DNA from: a candidate division WOR-3 bacterium
Lineage (GTDB): Bacteria > Hydrothermota > Tepidihabitantia > Tepidihabitantales > CAIPLT01
DNA length: 32,702 nucleotides
Assembly: GCA_965649215.1 (NCBI GenBank)
Contig: CBFGJZ010000018.1
Span: 1-32,702 of the forward strand
Reading direction: 5' to 3'
The position numbers were made by a program, and so were the translations under genes. Below the pieces are notes generated by a model. It was not told the origin of the DNA. It was given only the letters and a program-made list of their open reading frames with translations, and did no database searches. Of the stretch, positions 25,812-32,702 are shown piece by piece. Every line of letters starts with the position of its first letter. Position 1 is the first letter of the stretch.

Positions 25812-27122
25812 TTATTTTAATAATGCGACTTTACCTTTATAAACTTTTGTGCCCTGTTCGGTTTTCACTTTAATCACGACCAAGTAAACACTATTTTCTA
25901 AACTTATCCCCTGTTGATTAGTACCATTCCAATGATGAATATCTGGATAAGTTAACTTTTGGTGAAAAACTTCTTTACCTTCAATTGTGTATATTTTCAT
26001 TTCTGATGAAACCACATTATCGGTTTGCGGATATCTAATTTGACTACTACTTCTAATGGGATTAGGCCAGGCTTCAATATTAGTAGAAGCAACATGATAA
26101 TTAACCCAGATTGGCGCAGTCCAGAAACGGTCACCGTCTTGTTGAATTCCTTTGATAAAATAATAGCCATTTGTGACATTATCAGTAAATGTCAAGTTGA
26201 GATAATTAGTATCGGTTATCACAGAATCAGTAATAACTCCATTTTTATATAAATATATCTTAGAAAACTTATTTAACGCTTGAACGATTAATTTAATGGT
26301 TAACGAGTTGTCTTGAGTATAATAAACACTACCCATTTTAGTATTGCCGATTGAAAAGTCCCATAAATAAATTCTGTCATTGGCTGGTTTGACTTCTACA
26401 GCATAAACTTGTTTATTGAGCATTGCCTGAAGAATTGCGGATTTTGTTAAAGAATCAGCGCAGATCGCAGTTAATGGAATTTGTCCTTGCGTTGTTGTGG
26501 CATTACCCCAACGGCGATTATGATTGTCTTGATTTGCAACTGGTGTAATATGCCAACCATTATTAAGCGCTTTAATATAAAGCTCTTCATAATAGGGAGT
26601 ATATGTTCCGCTACCATTGACAACTTCAAACATAGTTGCATACTGAGCGCCATTATGATTATAGGCTAAATTATTAAAATCATTGGTTCGGGGATGATTA
26701 AACTGGGCAATCACTTTATTGTCATAAATCCAGTTATAAAATATCTCTAACCCATTCACGGAATATGGGTAAAGTCTTTCAGCTTCAAACAATGAAAAAT
26801 GACCAAATGCCCCCAACGAACCGAATTCTTGACCTGCCAAGGCAACAAAACGACCATCTTCAGTAAATTGATTAGCAAGGTTGCGTGTATATTGATAACC
26901 ATTTTCAGTTAAATAATGGGTATGGTCAGTTATTGCTAAAATATCAATTTGGGCTGAATCCCGCGCATAACGATAAGCTTCTGTAACTGTACCTTGACCA
27001 TCAGAAAGTTCTGTATGAGAATGTAAATTTGCCCAGTAGATATGATAACCAAATCCCCAATTAACAAAGCAAATAGCAAATAGCAAATTAATTAAAAATA
27101 TTTTCTGTAATTTATCACTCAT
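25812..27122 (-). CDS. Secreted PHP-fold metallo-phosphoesterase (CehA/McbA-like) with C-terminal T9SS-A/FlgD-Ig-type domain
   Basis: Signal peptide; NLHSHT..SDG, ITDH, GQE, NHP, EV.NG, NQDNH; C-terminus WPNP...IYTIEG..V...WNG.N..G..L...VY. Confidence 0.8.
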   Translation of the reverse strand: MSDKLQKIFLINLLFAICFVNWGFGYHIYWANLHSHTELSDGQGTVTEAYRYARDSAQIDILAITDHTHYLTENGYQYTRNLANQFTEDGRFVALAGQEFGSLGAFGHFSLFEAERLYPYSVNGLEIFYNWIYDNKVIAQFNHPRTNDFNNLAYNHNGAQYATMFEVVNGSGTYTPYYEELYIKALNNGWHITPVANQDNHNRRWGNATTTQGQIPLTAICADSLTKSAILQAMLNKQVYAVEVKPANDRIYLWDFSIGNTKMGSVYYTQDNSLTIKLIVQALNKFSKIYLYKNGVITDSVITDTNYLNLTFTDNVTNGYYFIKGIQQDGDRFWTAPIWVNYHVASTNIEAWPNPIRSSSQIRYPQTDNVVSSEMKIYTIEGKEVFHQKLTYPDIHHWNGTNQQGISLENSVYLVVIKVKTEQGTKVYKGKVALLK

Positions 27123-28636
27123 TGTCTTTTCGCAATAATCCGGCCTTCAATTTTATAATCAATGGGTGAATGTTTCTGAATATATTGGGCTAAAGCATCA
27201 CGAATTAAGAAATAAGTATCTTCAACATCCTTACCATCTTTAAAGATACCATACGCACCACCACCAGCAGCCAAGAAATTATTGGTAGCGACAGTATATT
27301 CTTTATCAAAATCAATTGGTTTGTCATTAATTTCAACTGAGATTAATTTTTTATTTGGTGGGGCTTTGGGGTCATAAACCATCTTTAATCCGGAAACTTG
27401 AAAGATGGCATGATAACCAATTACCGATACTTCTAACATCTGCCAGACTTGAGCACCGGTCATTGTCATGGTGACAATCGTATTGCCAAAATTCTCAACT
27501 TTATACAAATCTCGATAGGTAATATTACCTGCTGGCAGGTTCGCACGAATTCCCCCAGAATTTGTTACTGCGATATCTGTTTTGGTATATTCACGCATCG
27601 CATCAGTAATAAGATTGCCAATTGGTGATTCTTCAAAACCAGCTCGCGTTAATTCGCGTTTACAAACTCCTAATACGTTATCAAATCCTTGTTCAACAGT
27701 TGCCTGCCAGTGTTTTAGTTGTTCAAGATATTGTTGGTCTAAACTAATCTCTTCGCCAAATAGATTAATTAATTCACCTTCATAATCACGAATTCGTTTC
27801 GTCTCTTTATCAATCTTCAGTTTAAGCAAGCCAACCGCAGTTAATTTTGAATAAGCTTGTGAGATAATTGTATGATAGCGGGGCATCTCTTTTGGTGGTT
27901 GCACACCCGTGTGGCTATGGCCACCGATAATAACATCAATACCAGGCACTGAATCAGCCAACCGTTGGTCATGACTAAAGCCCGCATGGGTTAAAGCAAT
28001 AATAATGTCCACATTATGTTTTTTTAACTCTTTAATACTATTTGCCGCACCGGTATAATGCTTTAAGACTGATAGACCTGCCATGTGTTCAGGACTGACC
28101 ATACCGCTCAGATAATGGGTAGTGATACCAAATAACCCAATTTTTAAGCCATCTCTTTCTAAAATTAGATAGGGTGTAAAATATTCAGGTATTGAATCAG
28201 TACCGCTTTTAACAAGATTAGCACATAAAACCGGTGCATTTAACATTCTGATTAATGATTTAAGGGTATCTAAGCCAAAGGTAAAATCATGGTTACCAAT
28301 TGTTGCGGCGTCAACTTTGATATGATTTAAAAATTCAATTACTGCTTTGCCATACGAAAAATCACCAATCGGACTACCTGAGAACCAATCGCCAATATCA
28401 AATACCAAGACAGGTATATTTTTCTGAGCGGCTTCAGCTCTAATTTCGTTGATAATCGTAATTGCCGCAGGCGCATTCCCAATTGGTGGGGGAAAATCGG
28501 GATTCATCCAGAAAGCATCACTTGGAGTTAACGCACCATGAATATCATTAACATGAACAAGCCAAACTTCATCAGGTATTGCATAACCAAAACCAATAAA
28601 TAAAACAGATAATAAAATTAGACTAAATCTTTTCAC
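27119..28636 (-). CDS. Periplasmic 5'-nucleotidase / metallophosphatase (UshA-like)
   Basis: Signal peptide; NDIHG, DIGD, GNHDF, TH, GGHSH calcineurin-like motifs; C-terminal NSGGIRA domain; GTG start overlaps the upstream TGA. Confidence 0.92.
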   Translation of the reverse strand: MKRFSLILLSVLFIGFGYAIPDEVWLVHVNDIHGALTPSDAFWMNPDFPPPIGNAPAAITIINEIRAEAAQKNIPVLVFDIGDWFSGSPIGDFSYGKAVIEFLNHIKVDAATIGNHDFTFGLDTLKSLIRMLNAPVLCANLVKSGTDSIPEYFTPYLILERDGLKIGLFGITTHYLSGMVSPEHMAGLSVLKHYTGAANSIKELKKHNVDIIIALTHAGFSHDQRLADSVPGIDVIIGGHSHTGVQPPKEMPRYHTIISQAYSKLTAVGLLKLKIDKETKRIRDYEGELINLFGEEISLDQQYLEQLKHWQATVEQGFDNVLGVCKRELTRAGFEESPIGNLITDAMREYTKTDIAVTNSGGIRANLPAGNITYRDLYKVENFGNTIVTMTMTGAQVWQMLEVSVIGYHAIFQVSGLKMVYDPKAPPNKKLISVEINDKPIDFDKEYTVATNNFLAAGGGAYGIFKDGKDVEDTYFLIRDALAQYIQKHSPIDYKIEGRIIAKRQ

Positions 28637-29817
28637 AATATCCTATCAATTGGTAATCTCAGACCACCAATAACCATTGCAGTATTTTGATATATTTTCA
28701 TCGTATTGTCATTAGCCGAAGTTAAATTTTCTGCGTAAATAATTCGTCGACCGATTTCAGCACCGATATCAACTTGAATAATTCCAATCTCAAAACCCCA
28801 ACCTACTGAAACTGCCCCCAAATGCACAATCGGTTCAATAAATGATGGTTGGAGCCGAAAGCCGTATCGCAACGCAACCGATGTTAGTAAAATATGTTCA
28901 ATACCAAAGCCAACTTCCCAACTGCTTTGATAAGTGCTATCTAAAGTCTTCCAATTTGAGTATTGGGTTTGGACACCCAGTTTTGTTGGTATTTCACCAC
29001 TGGCTAAATAAGCCACATTCAATTTATAAATTGCAGGATATTTAACGGTAATATCCGGATTAATGAACTTATTAACTTTTATCGGACTTTGATACCCAAG
29101 ATTAATCAAGAGGCGCTCAAATGGCTTATAACTAAAGTCCAATGTTAAACCAAGCCCATTAAGATTACCAATACTATCCGCATTTACCACATTACTGTTA
29201 AGCATTGAATCATGATAATGGTATGTGCGTTTGCCATCATAATAATTAAGACCAATACTAACTCCAATCATATCCTTAAATTGTTTACCAACCATTATTG
29301 CAGTTTCACATAATTGTCCTAAAACTTTTAACTCTGTTTCACCAATTTTCGTATAAAAATCGTCCCGAAATTCCTGATAGTAATAGTAATTATAACTAAT
29401 AATCGGTTTTCTGCTGACACTGATATTTAACAAATCAAAAGGCATTAGAAAATAAAAATTAGCGAGATTACCTCGGGCTAATGTATTATCACTGATTGCC
29501 ACTTCACCAATGGTGTTATCAAACTGGTCATAGACTTGGACGGTTCTTCTTTCGGATAAAATATCAACATAATACGCAGCAGTTAAATCGGGTTTTGCTT
29601 TTGCTTTAGTAAGTGGGTTTGCCCAAGATACAATAGGTTTAAAAAGTTCTACACCCGCCGTACTAAGAGAGTACGCATCAGAAAAATTTAATCGCCGACC
29701 ATAATACCAATCAATCGGCATTGTGCCTAACCCAAAAGAGAGCGAAGTGAGAAAAAAACATATAGGCAAAAAAAACCATAATATCTTTTTTATCACAAAT
29801 AAAATATTAATCTTCAT
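28633..29817 (-). CDS. Putative outer-membrane beta-barrel protein (FadL/OmpP1-like)
   Basis: Signal-like N-terminus, amphipathic strands rich in Gly and aromatics, ...GFGIE...ALRYGF...VGWGF pattern. Confidence 0.55.
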   Translation of the reverse strand: MKINILFVIKKILWFFLPICFFLTSLSFGLGTMPIDWYYGRRLNFSDAYSLSTAGVELFKPIVSWANPLTKAKAKPDLTAAYYVDILSERRTVQVYDQFDNTIGEVAISDNTLARGNLANFYFLMPFDLLNISVSRKPIISYNYYYYQEFRDDFYTKIGETELKVLGQLCETAIMVGKQFKDMIGVSIGLNYYDGKRTYHYHDSMLNSNVVNADSIGNLNGLGLTLDFSYKPFERLLINLGYQSPIKVNKFINPDITVKYPAIYKLNVAYLASGEIPTKLGVQTQYSNWKTLDSTYQSSWEVGFGIEHILLTSVALRYGFRLQPSFIEPIVHLGAVSVGWGFEIGIIQVDIGAEIGRRIIYAENLTSANDNTMKIYQNTAMVIGGLRLPIDRIL

Positions 29818-29839
29818 TAATTATTCCTCCCCAATTTTA

Positions 29840-32260
29840 TTACCATAAAACATCCAATTGTATGCCAACATTAAAAATATCATTATGCACAACAAAATCC
29901 CGCATTGTGAGACTTTGACCATTGGCAAAGTGTAAGCCTTCAGTGGTTAAAATACCAGAATGTGGAATTTCGGTATGTTTGCCCTTAAATTTAAGTCTTA
30001 ATAATAAGAACTTTGACGGTCGTTGGGTCATCACAAAATAGTATTTTAAACCTCGTCCATCTAAAAAGTCAATGCCCACATCTTCAAAAATCCATTGGCT
30101 TAAACCATCACATTTCCAAACTGCGATGCCAGTCTCTAATCCAATTGCATTAGAAAAATTATGTTCATAACTGACTGCTAAAAAATCACCCCAGATTGTC
30201 TTTTCATTATTATATGCCATTGATGGAGTTAAGCCTACTACTCCTCTTCTTAATTCGCAGGATAAAAAGTTACGCTCGGCGAGACTTGCTAAAATCCGAA
30301 AACTGGTCTCAGAAGTTTGAGAAACTGTGGCTTGAACATCTTTTGGCAGATGTTTATATTGTAGTTTCTGTTTAATCCGAAATCGCAAGGGAAAGACGGG
30401 TCGATATTCAACTTCACCTTGAAACCGAAAATTAACAAGATTATAAGCAAGATTACGCCAGACATCTAAATAGGCACGGGTAAATGTAATTTGTCTTGAT
30501 ATTTGATAACGCGTCTCTAAATAAATGCCTTGTTCAGCTTTAGGCATGGGAAATGATTGTAAGACACTAAAAGTTGGGTCAATCAAACGATAACTCTTTT
30601 CAAAGGGAGTATCTTCAAACCGATATTGTTCACAAAATCCCCGATTATACGGATTATCATAACTCACATCAAAATGGCGAATTAAGCCTAAAACATATAA
30701 GTATTCATATTGAACACGCGATTGTAATAAAAAAGCTTTGCCACCATCTTTTTGCCAGGCATATTCACCTTCCCATGACATATTTTCAATTGCTGTGCGA
30801 AAATCAAATGAATACAGATCTCGACTTTTGCCTGAAGTTAATTGTAAAACATTAGCATCATCAAATTGGGTCGCATCTTTGGGTAGGTCAATCCATTTCA
30901 CCAAAGGTGCAAAACTTTTGTCATAACGGCATTGTAAAGTATTAAACGCTAATACACTACCTTCGGGAATAAAACCAATATTTGACAGTTCCAGTCTGAC
31001 ACTACCGCCATAATTTGTTTCTAACAATGTTTTATAATTAGTCGGCAAACGGGGTATTGAAAAGAAATAATAATAGATCGTGCGGTCAGGATTTACAATT
31101 GCATCGCGATCGATTTTAGAATAAAAACCGATTAATTTTACACGATTTTGGATAATCTCGGTTGCCAATCCCCGAAATCCGAATTGCCAATTGCCTGTTA
31201 AATCACCATACAGACCTTGACTGCGTGTATAAGTTCGCGACATTAATTCTTGGGAATTGTCTAAAAGTAATCCTTGTCCTAAAACAACCCGATAATCACC
31301 TAAAAATAATTTTTTAAACGGACTAATATTATTAACTTGCAGATAACCTTGCCACACTTCGGTTAAGTTAGTTGGATTAAAATCATTTTGCCAACGCAGA
31401 CCGATGATTAAATTTTCACCAATCCGACTGCGCAACCGTTGTGAAAATTGGCTGCGTCTTTTTAACTTCATTAAATACTCTTTGGTTATATCTAATCTTT
31501 TATAATAATGCTCAATATCAGCATCAGAAAAGCCCAATTCATAAAACCGATTGCGATACTGTAAATAATCATATCCCTGATTGACTGCAGCAAGTAAGAC
31601 TTCGGGATCAGAAATATCATCATAATCATAACCATATTCCCAATTCAACCGATAATTACCTGAAAACTTAATTGGTGAAGGGTCAGTATAACTGATAAAA
31701 TTACGCATATTACGAAAACCGTAATTAGAAAGACCGTTAATATCGCGCAGGTCCCGATAACCTTTAATCTCTCGTCCCATTTTTAAGTGTTTGATAACTG
31801 CAATCGCATCAATTAACGAAACATTTTGTAAAATATACAAATCGTCAACTGTCACTTTATTAATATTTTTTGGCGTTACCAGCATATCCTGCCAATCTTC
31901 AACTGCGGCTTTGGTCACTCCTTCTTCAACTGCTAATGACTTCTGAATCCGATAATAATTCAAAAACTCTTCACCTAAGCTTTCGGGTGGTGAAATCTTA
32001 ATCATTGGCTTAATCTCTTCAAATTGCTTGGCGTCAATGGCTTTAATTTTTCGTAAATCGTAGATACTGCGAAACGCCCCATAATATAAGAGATAGTCAT
32101 AAATCTCAATGCTCGCTTGTTTGGATATAGGCAACTGTTGAATTTCTGAAAAACTGGCGTTGTTAATATCTAATTGCTCTTGCTGGGAATAACCATTTAA
32201 AAGACTACAAATTGCCACAACACTATAAAAGAAAACCCCAAAATAGCGGTTCCAACTCAT
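29840..32260 (-). CDS. Large outer-membrane beta-barrel with two ComEA-type helix-hairpin-helix domains
   Basis: Signal peptide; LDINNAS..EI..LP...GAFRSIYDL..I and NINKVT..DL..L...DL..INGL HhH repeats; C-terminal beta-signal ...GIQLDVLW. Confidence 0.75.
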   Translation of the reverse strand: MSWNRYFGVFFYSVVAICSLLNGYSQQEQLDINNASFSEIQQLPISKQASIEIYDYLLYYGAFRSIYDLRKIKAIDAKQFEEIKPMIKISPPESLGEEFLNYYRIQKSLAVEEGVTKAAVEDWQDMLVTPKNINKVTVDDLYILQNVSLIDAIAVIKHLKMGREIKGYRDLRDINGLSNYGFRNMRNFISYTDPSPIKFSGNYRLNWEYGYDYDDISDPEVLLAAVNQGYDYLQYRNRFYELGFSDADIEHYYKRLDITKEYLMKLKRRSQFSQRLRSRIGENLIIGLRWQNDFNPTNLTEVWQGYLQVNNISPFKKLFLGDYRVVLGQGLLLDNSQELMSRTYTRSQGLYGDLTGNWQFGFRGLATEIIQNRVKLIGFYSKIDRDAIVNPDRTIYYYFFSIPRLPTNYKTLLETNYGGSVRLELSNIGFIPEGSVLAFNTLQCRYDKSFAPLVKWIDLPKDATQFDDANVLQLTSGKSRDLYSFDFRTAIENMSWEGEYAWQKDGGKAFLLQSRVQYEYLYVLGLIRHFDVSYDNPYNRGFCEQYRFEDTPFEKSYRLIDPTFSVLQSFPMPKAEQGIYLETRYQISRQITFTRAYLDVWRNLAYNLVNFRFQGEVEYRPVFPLRFRIKQKLQYKHLPKDVQATVSQTSETSFRILASLAERNFLSCELRRGVVGLTPSMAYNNEKTIWGDFLAVSYEHNFSNAIGLETGIAVWKCDGLSQWIFEDVGIDFLDGRGLKYYFVMTQRPSKFLLLRLKFKGKHTEIPHSGILTTEGLHFANGQSLTMRDFVVHNDIFNVGIQLDVLW

Positions 32261-32266
32261 TATCTT

Positions 32267-32701
32267 TTATTTAACAACAAAATCACACCTGCGATTTTTC
32301 CAATACTCATTCGTATCATTTGTCACCAGTCGTTCTTCACCATAACTTATGGTCTTTAATCTTAATTTATTAATACCTAATTTAACTAAATAATTTTGAG
32401 CCGAAGTGGCTCTGCGCCAACCCAATGCCAAATTATATTCGGCAGTGCCAATCGGGTCACAATGGCCTTCAATAACAACATTTACAGATGGATTCTCTTT
32501 TAGTATGGCTGCGTTTTTCTTTAAGACTTCAGCATCTTGGGGGCGAATCTCAGATTTATCAAAGTCAAAATAGATTGATGCTAATTTTATCTTTTCGCTT
32601 AATGGTTTAGATGTGGTGTCTATTTTTGCTACTTTTGTTACTTCAACAGTAACTGGCTTAATTGGCTTGGCTTTCTCTTTTCTTTCTAAATTAACGACAA
32701 T
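32267..32701 (-). CDS. OmpA/Pal-family peptidoglycan-binding protein (5'-truncated, absent from the ORF track)
   Basis: Manual translation ...IYFDFDKSEIR...IEGHCDPIGTAEYNLALGWRRA...ISYGEE...NRRCDFVVK-stop; frame open to the window edge. Confidence 0.92.
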   Translation of the reverse strand: MVVNLERKEKAKPIKPVTVEVTKVAKIDTTSKPLSEKIKLASIYFDFDKSEIRPQDAEVLKKNAAILKENPSVNVVIEGHCDPIGTAEYNLALGWRRATSAQNYLVKLGINKLRLKTISYGEERLVTNDTNEYWKNRRCDFVVK

Positions 32702-32702
32702 A

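Noticed and set aside
20816-30926. Remaining short tracked ORFs within iscS and the envelope operon
   Set aside because: Antisense or out-of-frame overlaps of longer, motif-supported genes.

Overview
AT-rich chromosomal window from a diderm, probably anaerobic bacterium (LapAB, PorV-like barrel and T9SS/FlgD-type C-terminal domain; an FCB-related lineage such as WOR-3 is an inference). Almost all genes are on the minus strand. From left to right: (1) the 3' part of a 15-aa-repeat fibre/adhesin-like gene; (2) a housekeeping operon alr-miaB-lapA-lapB-mutS; (3) a ~17.5 kb redox, metal and stress region encoding a ZIP transporter, an FTR-rubredoxin/glutaredoxin pair, a rubredoxin-cupin fusion, three ferritin-like proteins, CopA, desulfoferrodoxin, peroxiredoxin, a radical SAM protein, photolyase, nitroreductase, a GNAT/bCerS-like protein, an IscS lacking the PLP lysine, FprA, Hcp and Hrb, plus two small Cys-rich desulforedoxin-like genes missing from the ORF track; (4) a tightly coupled envelope operon (OmpA/Pal, double ComEA-HhH beta-barrel, second barrel, 5'-nucleotidase, PHP phosphoesterase with sorting domain, PorV-like barrel) that looks like an extracellular DNA/nucleotide capture system. 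The most striking candidate novelty is an XRE-HTH protein (17883..18605) whose C-terminal half resembles the SIRV2/Adnaviria major capsid (A-form DNA-wrapping) fold. It is flanked by a REP-like doublet and an operator-like palindrome array. No rRNA, tRNA, CRISPR array or transposase was recognised. All family assignments come from reading motifs by eye; no searches were run.
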